This document shows positions 19,783 through 30,372 of a stretch of DNA of 64,000 nucleotides, piece by piece (the first letter of the stretch is position 1; every line of letters starts with the position of its first letter). The notes under the pieces are model-generated. The model saw only the letters and a list, made by a program, of their open reading frames with translations, did not search any database and was not told the origin of the DNA. This DNA comes from Candidatus Uhrbacteria bacterium CG10_big_fil_rev_8_21_14_0_10_50_16 (GTDB lineage Bacteria; Patescibacteriota; Patescibacteriia; UBA9934; UBA11717), in NCBI GenBank assembly GCA_002774875.1, contig PCYM01000001.1, forward strand, positions 182,153 through 246,152, read 5' to 3'. A program made the translations under genes and the position numbers.

Positions 19783-21159
19783 CTACAATTCCGTAATTTT
19801 TTGACCGTCTGCTGTGTCATCCACGTGATAGCCCATGTCTGCAATCAATGACCTCAAGCGGTCTCCTTCCTCCCAGTCTTGTGTTTCACGCGCCACTTGT
19901 CGTTGATCAACCAGCTCCTGGACCTCTTCGGAAACCACGAGCGGTCGTGCAATGTAATCAATCAGCCCAAGCCCAAGCACCGCGTCCCATTTTTTGAGTG
20001 TTTGTGCCTTAGATGAGCTTGCGAGTTGAGAATCATTTACCAGCTCCCACACCAAGGCAATCGCACGTGGTGTATCTAAATCGTTATTTACCGCCTCTAA
20101 AAATCGAATATCAAAGTCAGCCGATCCAACTGAGGGCATCTCCCATTCTCGCACCATTTGACGAAGACGTTTGAGGGCGCTTTGTGCCGCCGCAAGCGAG
20201 TCCCAAGTAAAGTTAAGTTGCTGCCGGTAGTGCGCGGTCAGCGTGAGGTAGCGGAAAATCACCGGATCAAATCTCTTCTCGATCAACTGATCTGCCGTAT
20301 ACACGTTTCCAATCGACTTACTCATCTTACCGCCGTCTACGAGCAGAAATTCGTTATGCATCCACACGCGTGCCTCCGTAGTCCCTTTGCTACCCTGCGC
20401 TTGCGCCATCTCGTTGGGATGATGAATCATTTTGTGATCAATCCCGCCCGTGTGAATATCGTAGAGCTCGCCGAGCTCCTTAATGGACATAGCTGTACAT
20501 TCCACATGCCAACCGGGAAATCCAATACCCCAGGGAGATTCCCATTCCATTTGACGATGTTCCTCGGGTGAAGAGAACTTCCAAAGCGCAAAATCTGCTG
20601 AGTGTTTCTTTTCTGTGTTCTCTTCTATTCGTGCCTCCTCGTTTTCTGATTCCCCCATACCACGCAACACGCCGTAGTCGGCAAGCGTGGACGTATCAAA
20701 ATACACACCGTCGGAGGTTGTGTAGGTGTGTCCGTTTGCTTCGAGCTCCTGTACGATGGCAATCTGTTCTGCAATGTGATCTGTAGCCTTAGGAAGTGCA
20801 TCTGGTCGCGAAATATGGAATCGATCCATGTCCAGATAGAACTGATCTGTGTGGTGCTTTGCAACTTCCCATGCGGTCATCCCCTGCTCTCGCGACCCTT
20901 TTTCCATCTTGTCCTCACCCTGGTCCGCGTCGTCTGTCAGGTGACCTACGTCGGTAATATTCATCACCCATTTAACCTCCAATCCGTTAAAACGAAGGGT
21001 GCGTACCAAAATATCGGCAAAAATAAACGCGCGAAAGTTTCCAATGTGCTGCGTGTTGTACACCGTAGGCCCACACGTGTAAACACCGACCAGGTCTCGA
21101 TAAAGCGGTTCAAAAACTTCCTTTTTCTTTGTAAGCGAGTTGTAAAGCTGAATGTCCAT
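19783..21159 (-). CDS. cysS: cysteinyl-tRNA synthetase
   Basis: CGPTVYNTQHIGNFR (HIGH region) and KMSKSIGN. Confidence 0.9.
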   Translation of the reverse strand: MDIQLYNSLTKKKEVFEPLYRDLVGVYTCGPTVYNTQHIGNFRAFIFADILVRTLRFNGLEVKWVMNITDVGHLTDDADQGEDKMEKGSREQGMTAWEVAKHHTDQFYLDMDRFHISRPDALPKATDHIAEQIAIVQELEANGHTYTTSDGVYFDTSTLADYGVLRGMGESENEEARIEENTEKKHSADFALWKFSSPEEHRQMEWESPWGIGFPGWHVECTAMSIKELGELYDIHTGGIDHKMIHHPNEMAQAQGSKGTTEARVWMHNEFLLVDGGKMSKSIGNVYTADQLIEKRFDPVIFRYLTLTAHYRQQLNFTWDSLAAAQSALKRLRQMVREWEMPSVGSADFDIRFLEAVNNDLDTPRAIALVWELVNDSQLASSSKAQTLKKWDAVLGLGLIDYIARPLVVSEEVQELVDQRQVARETQDWEEGDRLRSLIADMGYHVDDTADGQKITEL

Positions 21160-21189
21160 AGTGAGGCTAGTTTACCAGATCTGTTGCAA

Positions 21190-21603
21190 ACACAAAACCT
21201 GTATAAAAGAACAGCCCCACCGAGACATTCGGTGGGGGCCGGGAGGGAGAGGTGGCGCCACCGAATGTTTCTCGATGGAACCGTTCTACTGTGTGGTTGA
21301 AGCGTAATTAGGCACTGTCACAAACGCTTAATCAACACACACAGGCCAGAATTTCCACGCAGGCGAGGGGGAATTCCTGCAATGGCTAGGGGACAGCACG
21401 GGGCGGCGTGCTGTCTCAACTGTAGCGTCTGGCGGCTACGATCCGTTATGAACCTGGTCGAACAGGTGCTGCAGCGTGAGCCACAACGCGATTTCCCCGT
21501 AGGAGAACCGTCATAACAGGACCTACGCGTGACATAAGGATCGTTGGGTCGAACGCTCCCTATGCCAGTCACGTATGGCAAAAAATTATCACAATCCAAG
21601 AGC
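21190..21603 (-). promoter_or_regulatory. about 400-nt structured cysS leader with promoter and terminator/antiterminator (attenuator, possibly T-box-like)
   Basis: Minus-strand promoter TTGACA(21596-21601)-15-TGtGATAAT. Leader ends in terminator CCCCACCGAatgtcTCGGTGGGG + CUGUUCUUUUAU (21192-21227). Upstream AAACATTCGGTGG (21248-21260) can pair with the terminator 5' half as an antiterminator. No separate promoter seen between terminator and cysS ATG. Confidence 0.5.
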
Positions 21604-21814
21604 CCTGTCAACCCCTGGATACAACAACCCCACCATGAGTCGTTTGGTGGGGGAAGAGAGTCCCACCGTACGTAGGTGGGATTGCTGGTATGTCGTGCCT
21701 GATCGCCCGAGGACAATGCAACTGCACAGGCGCACGCGCGAGCGTGGGCACAGGCGGCACGGGGAAATCATGGCGGTTGGACCATGACGACCGTGCCGGG
21801 CAAGGAGCAAACTA

Positions 21815-21850
21815 CCACAAACAAAAAAAGAGGTCAAGCCCCTGCCTCTC
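21815..21850 (-). terminator. intrinsic terminator of upstream membrane-protein gene
   Basis: minus strand AGAGGcaggggcttgaCCTCT + TTTTTTTGTTTG. Confidence 0.65.
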
Positions 21851-21874
21851 CTATCCTTTTATGAGACAGGTTCG

Positions 21875-22459
21875 TTAATCTCGTGTTACACCGATGCAAA
21901 ATATTGGTGCCACAATCCACAAGATCGTTCCAAGCGGACTCATAAAAAGAGACTGCATAAATACCGAGAATCCACTCACTGTTTCTGCATTAAACTGTTG
22001 AAAGAGGATGACTGTCAACATTCCGAGTGCAGACGCAGACACAAAAACGGATGCCGCGCGCGAGCCTCGCTCCTCCTCTAATGTATCGCCAATTCCGTAC
22101 TGAACAATTGCAAACACGATTCCCGCAAGCCCGGCAATCACGCCAATGCGTCCCGGAATACTCGTTGGAATCCCAAACGTGCCGTGTATCCACGCAAGTG
22201 CTGCACTTACGCTCACGATTCCTACAACCACATAACCTGCGATCACAAACGCGAGCGTCTTCCCTCTCCCCCACATCCCAACAAAAAATGCGAGGCCTAC
22301 AAGTAAGGCCGTTAACAAAACATCCCAAGAAGGGTGCTCTCCAAAAATCGACAAGCCCCAGGCAAGTGCCGTGGCTGACCATTGTGCAAGTTGATCCATA
22401 AAGACTAGTCTATCAAACTCGCGCCGCTTGTACGACGTGGATAAAAAGAACAGGCTCAA
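21875..22459 (-). CDS. hypothetical polytopic membrane protein
   Basis: 194 aa, about 6 predicted TM helices. Confidence 0.5.
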   Translation of the reverse strand: MSLFFLSTSYKRREFDRLVFMDQLAQWSATALAWGLSIFGEHPSWDVLLTALLVGLAFFVGMWGRGKTLAFVIAGYVVVGIVSVSAALAWIHGTFGIPTSIPGRIGVIAGLAGIVFAIVQYGIGDTLEEERGSRAASVFVSASALGMLTVILFQQFNAETVSGFSVFMQSLFMSPLGTILWIVAPIFCIGVTRD

Positions 22460-22467
22460 TGCCTGCT

Positions 22468-23532
22468 CTATTCCTCTCGCAAATCGAGTTCTTGCAAAAG
22501 TTGTTTCTGCTTCTTGTTAAGCTTTGTTGGTGTGACAACAAAGATCGTCACAAGTTGATTTGCTCGACCGCGCCCTGTCTCAATTCCCTTTCCTTTAATA
22601 CTCAACACGTCGCCAGATTGCGTACCGGGTGGCACCTTCATCTTCACCTTTCCATCAATCGTCTCCACTTCCACGGAATCTCCAAGTGCGGCTTGCGTGA
22701 ATCCCACCGTCACCGAAGATCGCAGGTCAAACCCATCGCGCTCAAAACGCGCATCATCCTTAATAAACACACGGATAAACAAGTCGCCCGGCTCACCACC
22801 AAAGGGTGCCGCCTCTCCTTTACCGCGCACACGCACAGATTCTCCGTCGCTCATACCAGGTGGCAACGTAATCTTAATCGTAGATTGTTTTTTGACGGTT
22901 CCGGTGCCGGAGCACTCCCCGCAAGCGTGCTCAGCTTCCTTGCCTTGTCCATGGCACACGTCGCAGGCAACGGTTTGTGCAATTTGTCCAAACGGCGTGT
23001 TGCGTGCCACGCGCTTTACTCCTTGGCCACTGCAGCTTGTACACGTCTTAGTTTTGCCATCTTTTGCGCCTGTCCCCGCACAGTTGTCGCACGTGTCTGT
23101 CTTGCGTAACGTAATCTCCTTCTCTGCACCACGCACCACCTCCTCAAACGTGAGCTGCATGTCGGTTTGAATATCCTGGCCTTGCGAGCGACGTCGACCA
23201 CGGCCACCACCTCCAAACATGCCGCCAAAGATATCTCCCAGGTCTCCCAAATCTCCAAAATCAAAATTCACGCCTTGTGCGCCAAATCCACCAAAGCCCG
23301 CGCCAGGTGCACCTCCGCCGCCACCAAACGCCGCCTCTCCAAACTGATCGTACTGCTGGCGTTTTGACTCGTCTCCCAAGACTTGGTATGCGGAGTTGAT
23401 CTCTTTAAACTTAGCCTCATCTCCCCCCTCCTTATCCGGGTGATATTTGTGCGCCAGTTTTCTAAACGCCTTTTTGATCTCCTCCTGCGTCGCTCCCCGC
23501 TCAACTCCTAAAATTTTATATGGATCTGGCAT
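22468..23532 (-). CDS. dnaJ: chaperone DnaJ
   Basis: J domain with HPD (YKILGV..KYHPDK), G/F region, four CxxCxGxG zinc repeats. Confidence 0.9.
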   Translation of the reverse strand: MPDPYKILGVERGATQEEIKKAFRKLAHKYHPDKEGGDEAKFKEINSAYQVLGDESKRQQYDQFGEAAFGGGGGAPGAGFGGFGAQGVNFDFGDLGDLGDIFGGMFGGGGRGRRRSQGQDIQTDMQLTFEEVVRGAEKEITLRKTDTCDNCAGTGAKDGKTKTCTSCSGQGVKRVARNTPFGQIAQTVACDVCHGQGKEAEHACGECSGTGTVKKQSTIKITLPPGMSDGESVRVRGKGEAAPFGGEPGDLFIRVFIKDDARFERDGFDLRSSVTVGFTQAALGDSVEVETIDGKVKMKVPPGTQSGDVLSIKGKGIETGRGRANQLVTIFVVTPTKLNKKQKQLLQELDLREE

Positions 23533-23546
23533 GCAATGAGAAAGAA

Positions 23547-24521
23547 TTACTTGATCTGAAACGTTCCTAAACCTCCACGATTAAAGACGTAAGAATGACT
23601 GCCAATGGCAAAGTGAATCTCCTCTGGGCGGTCCAACATCGCCACCCAGTCCACACCAAATTCATCCACTTGTCCTTTGAGTACCGACGTTGAATCAGAC
23701 GCAGACGAGAGTAGATACGAAGGATTCGTTCCGTTTGTATCAATCGTCACCTCCAAATCTCCTCGTTTGATTGTGGTGATCGCCCATCCTCGCTCATCCT
23801 GTGTCGACGTTGCCGACCCGATCAACGCGCGATATTTTGTATTCAGATCGATCGTAAAGGCGTCTTCCATACTCACGCCTGCATCACCCATACCCATACT
23901 AATGAGTAGCTTGTCGCCAACCATCTGCATCTCTCCCACGGTTCCCGTCTCCCCTTCTGGAAACCCTTGTGTGGTGGACAACGTTGAGAAAAATCCTAGG
24001 ATTTCTACGTTATTCACATTCTTTTGACGCATCACAACGCAGAGACTCTGCCCATATATTCCGCAATATTCCTGGTTCACATCCTTGTCTGGAACAGACA
24101 TAATGCGAATATCATCCAGAGCGGCGATGTGCAGACGATCCACCTCTACAAGAAGTCCGGTCTGCAACGCCTCACGAAGCATCTCTTGGAGATCCACAGA
24201 CGCATTTCCCGCAGCTGGATACCCTTCCAGCACATACTGATCATAAATAGAGCGAACCGTTACGGCATCTACTTCATTCTCCATCATCTCATCCATCATG
24301 TCTCCATCACCCTCCTCCACGTTTGCCGAGTCCTCCACGGAGTCCTTTTCCTCACGCGGCATGGTGGTAAGAATACCTCCACCCACAATCGCAATAGACA
24401 CAATAAACAACGCCATCCAAAACACCAAGGAACTCTCCTTCTCCTTTGCACCGCGCGTAGGTGTCTCTACGCGCGGTGTTGCTTTTATTGTCTTCTTTGT
24501 TGTGGTTTTTTTAGTGGCCAT
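23547..24521 (-). CDS. hypothetical membrane-anchored protein encoded inside the dnaK-dnaJ operon
   Basis: Lys-rich N-terminus then TM helix ([20 protein letters not shown]). ATG 1 nt after dnaK stop (TAAnATG). Confidence 0.55.
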   Translation of the reverse strand: MATKKTTTKKTIKATPRVETPTRGAKEKESSLVFWMALFIVSIAIVGGGILTTMPREEKDSVEDSANVEEGDGDMMDEMMENEVDAVTVRSIYDQYVLEGYPAAGNASVDLQEMLREALQTGLLVEVDRLHIAALDDIRIMSVPDKDVNQEYCGIYGQSLCVVMRQKNVNNVEILGFFSTLSTTQGFPEGETGTVGEMQMVGDKLLISMGMGDAGVSMEDAFTIDLNTKYRALIGSATSTQDERGWAITTIKRGDLEVTIDTNGTNPSYLLSSASDSTSVLKGQVDEFGVDWVAMLDRPEEIHFAIGSHSYVFNRGGLGTFQIK

Positions 24522-24522
24522 A

Positions 24523-26430
24523 TTATTCCGCCTTTGTTTTCTCACCGCCTTCCTTTACATCCTCGACCTCTGCCTCTTTGATGTCTTCCTTCTTTTCGCC
24601 TTCCGTTGATTCTGCACTCTTAGCTTCTTGTTCTGCCTGATACATAGCCGCACCAACTTTTTGCGCCGATGTTGTGAGTTCGTCTGCGGCCTTTTTGATA
24701 GCCTCCATGTCTGTTCCGTCTTTAACGGCCCTCAATGCCTCTAATTTTTCCTCAACCTCTTTTTTATCTGCCTCGCTTACCTTGCCTCCACCCTCCTTGA
24801 GCATTTTCTCCGTGGTGTACACAAGTGTATCGGCAAGGTTCTTGGTCTCAATTTCTTCGCGCTTCTTTTTGTCTGCCTCCGCGTTTGCCTCCGCGTCCTT
24901 CTTCATCTTCTCCACTTCTTCCTTACTCAAACCGGTGGACGATGTGATGGTAATCTTCTGCTCCGTGCCAGTTCCCTTATCGACCGCCTTTACATTAAGG
25001 ATACCGTTTGCGTCGATGTCAAAACTCACCTCAACTTGTGGAACACCACGCGGTGCCGGTGGAATACCTGAGAGGATAAACCGACCAAGCGTCTTGTTGT
25101 CTTGTGCCATTTCTCGTTCACCCTGCAACACGTGAATCTCCACCGAGTTTTGATTGTCAGCCGCGGTTGAGAAGATTTGTGACTTGGACGCCGGAATTGT
25201 GGTATTGCGTTCGATCAATTTGGTCGACACACCACCCAACGTCTCCAACCCAAGAGATAACGGCGTAACGTCCAGCAAAAGCACGTCCTTCACGTCTCCC
25301 TGTAACACACCTGCCTGCACAGCCGCACCCATGGCAACCACCTCGTCTGGGTTAACTGTAACGTTTGGTTTTTTGCCAAAGAATTCTTCCACGGTCTTTA
25401 AGACGAGTGGCATGCGCGTCATTCCACCCACCATAATCACCTCATCAATATCCGATGCCTTCATACCGGCATCCTCCAAGGCCTTTTTACAAGGCTCGAG
25501 CGTCTTGATCGCAAGGTCATACACCAACTCCTCCAATTTTGCACGTGTCATGGTCATCACCAAGTGCTTTGGACCATCGGCGCCCTGTGTAATAAACGGC
25601 TGATTGATCTCGGACTGTTGTGACGTGGACAATTCGATCTTCGCTTTTTCTGCTGCCTCTTTTATACGTTGAAGTGCTAGAGGATCTGCACCCAAGTCAA
25701 TCCCTTCTTGATTCTTAAATTCTGCAATGATCCACTTAATAATCACCTGGTCAAAATCGTCTCCACCAAGATGTGTGTCTCCGTTGGTTGACTTTACCTC
25801 CACCGTGTCGTCGGAGATATCCAAAATGGACACATCAAACGTTCCACCACCAAGGTCGTACACGGCGATTTGCTGACCAACCTTTTTATCGAACCCATAT
25901 GCCAATGCTGCAGCCGTTGGTTCGTTGATAATACGTCGTACTTTAAGACCCGCAATCTCTCCTGCGTCTTTTGTGGCCTGTCGTTGTGCGTCGTCAAAAT
26001 ACGCTGGTACCGTAATCACCGCCTCTTCAATCTTCTCGCCAATTTTAGCTTCTGCGTCCGCTTTAAGTTTACCCAAAATCATGGCAGAGATTTCTTGAGG
26101 CGTGTATTCCTTGTCACCCAACGCAACCTTAATCCCTTCGCCAGACTGTACGAGCTTAAATGGAAACAGTTCCGCGTCGCGCTTAACTTCTGGGTCATCC
26201 CATCGACGACCAATCAGACGCTTTAATGAGAACAACGTATTCCCTGGGTTTGTAACTGCCTGCCGTTTTGCTGCGATTCCCACCAAGCGCTCTCCCGTTT
26301 TTGATTCTCCAACCACAGACGGGGTTGTGCGATGTCCTTCTGCATTTTCTAAAATAAGAGGTTTTCCTCCTTCAATCACCGCGATAGCGGAGTTGGTTGT
26401 CCCAAGGTCGATTCCGAGTATTTTTGCCAT
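24523..26430 (-). CDS. dnaK: chaperone DnaK (Hsp70)
   Basis: [18 protein letters not shown].., DLGGGTFD, full-length 635 aa. Confidence 0.95.
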   Translation of the reverse strand: MAKILGIDLGTTNSAIAVIEGGKPLILENAEGHRTTPSVVGESKTGERLVGIAAKRQAVTNPGNTLFSLKRLIGRRWDDPEVKRDAELFPFKLVQSGEGIKVALGDKEYTPQEISAMILGKLKADAEAKIGEKIEEAVITVPAYFDDAQRQATKDAGEIAGLKVRRIINEPTAAALAYGFDKKVGQQIAVYDLGGGTFDVSILDISDDTVEVKSTNGDTHLGGDDFDQVIIKWIIAEFKNQEGIDLGADPLALQRIKEAAEKAKIELSTSQQSEINQPFITQGADGPKHLVMTMTRAKLEELVYDLAIKTLEPCKKALEDAGMKASDIDEVIMVGGMTRMPLVLKTVEEFFGKKPNVTVNPDEVVAMGAAVQAGVLQGDVKDVLLLDVTPLSLGLETLGGVSTKLIERNTTIPASKSQIFSTAADNQNSVEIHVLQGEREMAQDNKTLGRFILSGIPPAPRGVPQVEVSFDIDANGILNVKAVDKGTGTEQKITITSSTGLSKEEVEKMKKDAEANAEADKKKREEIETKNLADTLVYTTEKMLKEGGGKVSEADKKEVEEKLEALRAVKDGTDMEAIKKAADELTTSAQKVGAAMYQAEQEAKSAESTEGEKKEDIKEAEVEDVKEGGEKTKAE

Positions 26431-26451
26431 ATGATTTGATTCTGATTGATG

Positions 26452-27000
26452 TTAGTTGATCGTGTTCTTTGCTTTTGCCACCACTACGCGTGCGGGGCGA
26501 ATAAGCTTGTCGAACAGTTTAAATCCACGTTGTAACACCTGCAAGATAGTTCCCTCCGGTTGATCGCTTTCCCGCTCCTCCGCCGATTCCTGCTCATTAG
26601 GATTAAACATTCCTACAGGTTCCAGCACAGTGAGCCCTTGCTCCGTCAACTTGTCCAACAAGAGCTTTTGCACATGCCCGATTCCAATGAGCCAATTCTG
26701 GATCTCCTTTTGTGTGGCCTCGTCACAGCGCTCCGTATTTGGAGGTTGACGCATCGCCGCGTCAAAGTAGTCGATCGTTGGCAGTAGGTCTTGAATGAGT
26801 GCCGCCGTGGCGTATTTGGCAAATTCTGTGCGTTCTTGTGACGCATTACGTTTGAGGTTCTCATAGTCCGCAAGTGCGCGCTGCCATCCGGCTAAATAGT
26901 CTGATGCGAGTTGATCAGGAGTTTTCTCAACAGGCACGTCTACAATTTCTTCCTCCATTTCTGTGGCCGAAATCTTTTTTACTGGTTCTTTTTTTGCCAT
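26452..27000 (-). CDS. grpE: nucleotide exchange factor GrpE
   Basis: DYENLKRNASQERTEF..; position between hrcA and dnaK. Confidence 0.85.
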   Translation of the reverse strand: MAKKEPVKKISATEMEEEIVDVPVEKTPDQLASDYLAGWQRALADYENLKRNASQERTEFAKYATAALIQDLLPTIDYFDAAMRQPPNTERCDEATQKEIQNWLIGIGHVQKLLLDKLTEQGLTVLEPVGMFNPNEQESAEERESDQPEGTILQVLQRGFKLFDKLIRPARVVVAKAKNTIN

Positions 27001-27003
27001 ACG

Positions 27004-27696
27004 TTAATTGGTAAGGAGTCTTCGCACTTCACGCAACAACGCGCGATTATAACCGTAATTCATGCGCGTGGGGCCAATAATGCTCACCACGCCATGCACG
27101 CCCGACGGATCATCGAATGAGATAAACAGAGAGGAAAGCTGCTCGCCAAACGGGTTCTCGTTTCCGATGAGAATACACACATCGTCAAACCGTCTGCGCA
27201 TGAGTTGGGCCATAGTTGCGTCCATGACATCCATGAGTTGACTAAACCGGCGCATTTGGTCTGCACTGGCAAACTCAGGAAGTTCAAACAGCCGAGAGAT
27301 GCCCGTGGTATAGGAATGACGCGGACCCAGGGTAAACACGACGGCGTTTCCGGTGAGTGCGGCGAGTTGCACGCAGAGTTGACGCAGTCGCACCTCCATA
27401 TTGCGCACCCGCGATTGATCCACGAGTTGTTTATACTCACGTTCCAGGCGTCGCTTTTGCTCAAGGAATGTCTCAATGTAATACCGATACCCCGTGTCCG
27501 TTGGAATGCGGCCGGCAGAGGTGTGTGGAGAAACAAGGTATCCTTCTTCCTCCAACTCCGCGAGATCGTTCCGAATGGTTGCGCTTGAGACACCAATGTC
27601 TGGCAACTGCGCCAACCACGAAGAGCTCACCGGCTCGGCAGATTGTATGTAACTCTCCACGAGCAGCTTCAAAATTTGTTCTTGTCTCTGTGTCAT
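27004..27696 (-). CDS. hrcA: heat-inducible transcription repressor HrcA (short form)
   Basis: N-terminal wHTH EPVSSSWLAQ..ATIRNDLAELEEEGYL..; first gene of operon. Confidence 0.8.
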   Translation of the reverse strand: MTQRQEQILKLLVESYIQSAEPVSSSWLAQLPDIGVSSATIRNDLAELEEEGYLVSPHTSAGRIPTDTGYRYYIETFLEQKRRLEREYKQLVDQSRVRNMEVRLRQLCVQLAALTGNAVVFTLGPRHSYTTGISRLFELPEFASADQMRRFSQLMDVMDATMAQLMRRRFDDVCILIGNENPFGEQLSSLFISFDDPSGVHGVVSIIGPTRMNYGYNRALLREVRRLLTN

Positions 27697-27702
27697 GGGG
27701 TA

Positions 27703-27744
27703 TTAGCACTCGTCATTCTACACTGCTAGTTTTTGGGTGTCAAG
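27703..27744 (-). promoter_or_regulatory. sigma70 promoter overlapped by an imperfect CIRCE operator
   Basis: Minus strand TTGACA-17-TAGAAT. Inverted repeat CTAGCAGTG-N9-GAGTGCTAA (consensus TTAGCACTC-N9-GAGTGCTAA) spanning -10 and the start site. Confidence 0.6.
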
Positions 27745-27784
27745 ATAACTGAAGAGGCCGCTGTTTGCGACCTTTAATAGAAAC

Positions 27785-27822
27785 AATCGACGGGCGGCAG
27801 GGAGAGTTCCCCGCCGCCCGTT
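27785..27822 (-). terminator. terminator of cassette G
   Basis: CGGGCGGCagggagagttccCCGCCGCCCG hairpin then U-rich tract on minus strand. Confidence 0.6.
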
Positions 27823-27835
27823 TGGAAGTTGTGGG

Positions 27836-28546
27836 TCATTCGATGCGACGCTCCTTGAGCAGTACCAGCGTGAGGACATCGGCCGCCAAGGTTACCGCGA
27901 TGCATAGCCGAATCACCGGCACGTTGAGCGAGCCCGGGACGTTCTCCACAAAGAGCAGGAGTACTACACCGGTGGTTGCAGCATCTGCCAAGAACCGTGC
28001 ACGTTGCGCCCACATCGAGAGCTGCTGCGGTTCCTGCGCTTGCATCACAAACGGCACGTAGGCCACGGAGATGTAAGCGCCGATGATCACCGCGCCGGAG
28101 ATGGGATCCTGCACGTTAAACTGTTGCGCGAAACTCTGGTACAGCACCGTCGTCAAAGTGAGCACGGCGCCCGCGGTCAGAGCCTTGAGCATGCGGCTAG
28201 TGCCCTTGTCGGCAAACAGTACCCAGCACACCACCAGCACAGTATCCATGGCCAGCCATGGCCACTCGATGATGCGCAGCGGCAGCTCGACTGGATCCGT
28301 AGGCGGCCACACAAGAGTGAACGTGTACTCAAAGCTCCACATCATTGCCAGACCCAGCAACGGAATGTTGTTGACCTTGTTCTTGATGCTTCCTCGAATC
28401 AACAAGATGAAGGTTGCCGTCCACCCGGCAAGCACGCCCACCAAGCTCAGACACGCCATCAAGGCAAGCGGCCACGGCAGACTCTTGAGGACGACCAACG
28501 TCTCACGAATCGCGTCCAACGTTACAAGGGGTTCACACGTTTCCAT
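27836..28546 (-). CDS. GC-rich ORFan polytopic membrane protein (cassette G)
   Basis: about 58% GC. Minus-strand promoter TTGACA-16/17-TAAGTT, Shine-Dalgarno GGAGAGGAGAAAG, 4 nt, then ATG (METCEPLV..). About 6 TM helices; own terminator. Confidence 0.55.
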   Translation of the reverse strand: METCEPLVTLDAIRETLVVLKSLPWPLALMACLSLVGVLAGWTATFILLIRGSIKNKVNNIPLLGLAMMWSFEYTFTLVWPPTDPVELPLRIIEWPWLAMDTVLVVCWVLFADKGTSRMLKALTAGAVLTLTTVLYQSFAQQFNVQDPISGAVIIGAYISVAYVPFVMQAQEPQQLSMWAQRARFLADAATTGVVLLLFVENVPGSLNVPVIRLCIAVTLAADVLTLVLLKERRIE

Positions 28547-28625
28547 GTCTTTCTCCTCTCCAAGTACGTCAGCGTCATAACGACTCTGCGAACTTATCAG
28601 ATTTTTGAAATTTGTCAACGGAGCC

Positions 28626-28660
28626 GCCTAAACAAAAAAGAGCCCGAGGCTCTTTTAAGC
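28626..28660 (-). terminator. bidirectional terminator after K+ channel gene
   Basis: AAAAAAGAGCCcgaGGCTCTTTT. Confidence 0.7.
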
Positions 28661-28669
28661 AATGAATCG

Positions 28670-29005
28670 TTATTTTTTTCTTCGTTTTTTTGTGATACGC
28701 CCACGAATACTCATTTGATCGTGATAGCGTGCAAAAACTAGCTCGCCGACGATTCCAATTCCAAAGAGCAACAATGGAATAGAGAGGAGTGCGTAGACAC
28801 TTGTTACCAAGCGAGAGGTGTCCGATGAGGGTGCAAGATCTCCATAGCCGACTGTCGTCACCGTTGCCACGGAAAAATAAAACGCCTGGATCCATGTCCA
28901 ATTCTCAAGCCGCTGAAAAATGATCGTACCTCCTACCAAGAGCGCCGCGAGCACCACAAAGATCAGGAAGATACGTTTTACAAACTGGTTTGTAATCGTA
29001 TTCAT
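28670..29005 (-). CDS. two-TM potassium channel (pore-only, KcsA-like)
   Basis: Selectivity filter TVGYGD flanked by two TM helices; 111 aa. Host-like GC, extended -10 TGaTACAAT close to the ATG (leaderless-like). Confidence 0.7.
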   Translation of the reverse strand: MNTITNQFVKRIFLIFVVLAALLVGGTIIFQRLENWTWIQAFYFSVATVTTVGYGDLAPSSDTSRLVTSVYALLSIPLLLFGIGIVGELVFARYHDQMSIRGRITKKRRKK

Positions 29006-29247
29006 GATGACATTGTATCAATAAAGGATCCTTTTCTCTCTCCTTTTGTGTGGATAACAAACTCGCGCAAACGGAGGTTCTTCTATTGACAGGATCCGAA
29101 TTTAGAGATATGTTCATTTTATTGGAAAGGTTTATTGAGTCTGTGAGATAAGCGCTGTGTTTATCGATCATTGGTAAACAAGGCGCTTGTCTCATGCACG
29201 AGATGGCCGTGACCGTCCGAAGACGGATCGATTCTAGGGAGACGGTG

Positions 29248-30117
29248 ATGAAGAATTTCACACCCCCGCAGTTGGACATGTTCCGGGAGGCCGTCGAGTT
29301 GGAGGCTTCCGCCCTCAACCTAAGTCGAGAGCAGCTTCAAGGAGTCCTGGGCAGCAGGAGGCTCCGCGGCATGCTGCGAGACCTTCTGGTGGAGCTCGGA
29401 CAGGAGTATCCGCCAAACGCGGACGAGGCTCGCGTGCGTCTGTGGGACCATTTCCTGGGAGTCGCCGAGGCCCGCAAGGCGTTCGGAGTCCTGATCTCGG
29501 ACAGCATGATCCGGGAACTGGGCGATGTGCCGGACGACCTGTTGGGCCGTATCATGGCGAGCCACGGCCCTGGCGAGAAGGAGTATCTCCGGCTCTTCCT
29601 GGATCCGGGACTGTCCGTCGCGACCATGATTCGCTCGCAGGGAGTCCAGTACAAGGGGAGCTACGACGACTCCATGCTCTCCAGCTTCAACCAGCCGTGC
29701 TGGCGACTTGTGGATGTTCGCCACTTGTACAACCAGAGTGCCCGGCGGATCCTGACCATGGAGCTGATGAGCTTGCTCTCCAAGGGCATCAGCCAGACGG
29801 GTGAGTTGGAGCAACTCCAGCTCGGCCGTAAGGACACCGCTGGTCACACGGTCTACATGTCCTCGCGACAGAAGGTTCAGTACCACAAGCTGCAAATCAT
29901 CGGGTCGGCTCGGCCGAGCCAGGTGATGACCATCACGGTCCCCCTGATCCGTCCGTCGACTCAGAAATACCGGCACGCAACGCCGGAAGAGATCCGATCT
30001 GCCTACAGCAGAGAGATTGCGCTGGAAAGCGTTATGCTGCCTGACGGGAGGTGGTTCTTGTCCACCAGGATCGACAGAGTCGTTGTCCTGGTGAGCGAGA
30101 TCACCTGGATCAAGTAG
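29248..30117 (+). CDS. GC-rich ORFan protein (cassette A)
   Basis: about 60% GC. Promoter TTGACA(29085-29090)-17-TATGTT, Shine-Dalgarno AGGGAGA, 5 nt, then ATG (MKNFTPPQ..). Terminator 30139-30180. The antisense 284-aa ORF has an R/G/L-rich artefact composition. Confidence 0.6.
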   Translation: MKNFTPPQLDMFREAVELEASALNLSREQLQGVLGSRRLRGMLRDLLVELGQEYPPNADEARVRLWDHFLGVAEARKAFGVLISDSMIRELGDVPDDLLGRIMASHGPGEKEYLRLFLDPGLSVATMIRSQGVQYKGSYDDSMLSSFNQPCWRLVDVRHLYNQSARRILTMELMSLLSKGISQTGELEQLQLGRKDTAGHTVYMSSRQKVQYHKLQIIGSARPSQVMTITVPLIRPSTQKYRHATPEEIRSAYSREIALESVMLPDGRWFLSTRIDRVVVLVSEITWIK

Positions 30118-30138
30118 CCCAGCGCCTAGCACCCACAA

Positions 30139-30180
30139 GGGGGCGTCCGCAATCCTGCGGACGCCCCCTCTCACTTTATC
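30139..30180 (+). terminator. terminator of cassette A
   Basis: GGGGGCGTCCGCaatcctGCGGACGCCCCC + TCTCACTTTAT. Confidence 0.7.
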
Positions 30181-30238
30181 TACCCTCTATTGACGTCCTG
30201 TCTCTTTTCTTGTATCCTCTCGTTGCGTTTCAATTCAC

Positions 30239-30313
30239 GGCCCCATCGTCTAACGGTTAGGACAGCAGGTTCTCATCCTGCAAATCCGGGTTCGATTCCC
30301 GGTGGGGTCACCA
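30239..30313 (+). tRNA. tRNA-Glu (anticodon CTC), CCA encoded
   Basis: Acceptor GGCCCCA/TGGGGTC, anticodon stem GCAGG/CCTGC with loop TTCTCAT, T-arm CCGGG-TTCGATT-CCCGG, then ACCA. Followed by terminator CCGAGctcgtCTCGG+T7 (30317-30350). Confidence 0.8.
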
Positions 30314-30372
30314 ACAAAAAATCCGAGCTCGTCTCGGGTTTTTTGTTGGTACCTCCCGCGGAAATTGGACAA

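Noticed and set aside
21300-21600. Possible tmRNA (5' GGGAGCGTTCGACCC) or RNase P RNA in the GC-rich hairpin region
   Set aside because: There is no tag reading frame ending in ..AA-stop and no 3' T-arm with a matching CCA acceptor strand. RNase P P4 motifs (GGAAAGTCCGGGCTCC / ACAGAACCCGGCTTA) and GGTAAGAGCGCACC are also absent. The region is better explained as the cysS leader.
22459-23109. 216-aa plus-strand ORF opposite dnaJ
   Set aside because: Antisense of the Gly-rich/zinc-finger region of DnaJ.
29320-30174. 284-aa minus-strand ORF opposite cassette A
   Set aside because: It is a GC-frame artefact (RGGVRRIADAPL.. composition) and overlaps the cassette A terminator.
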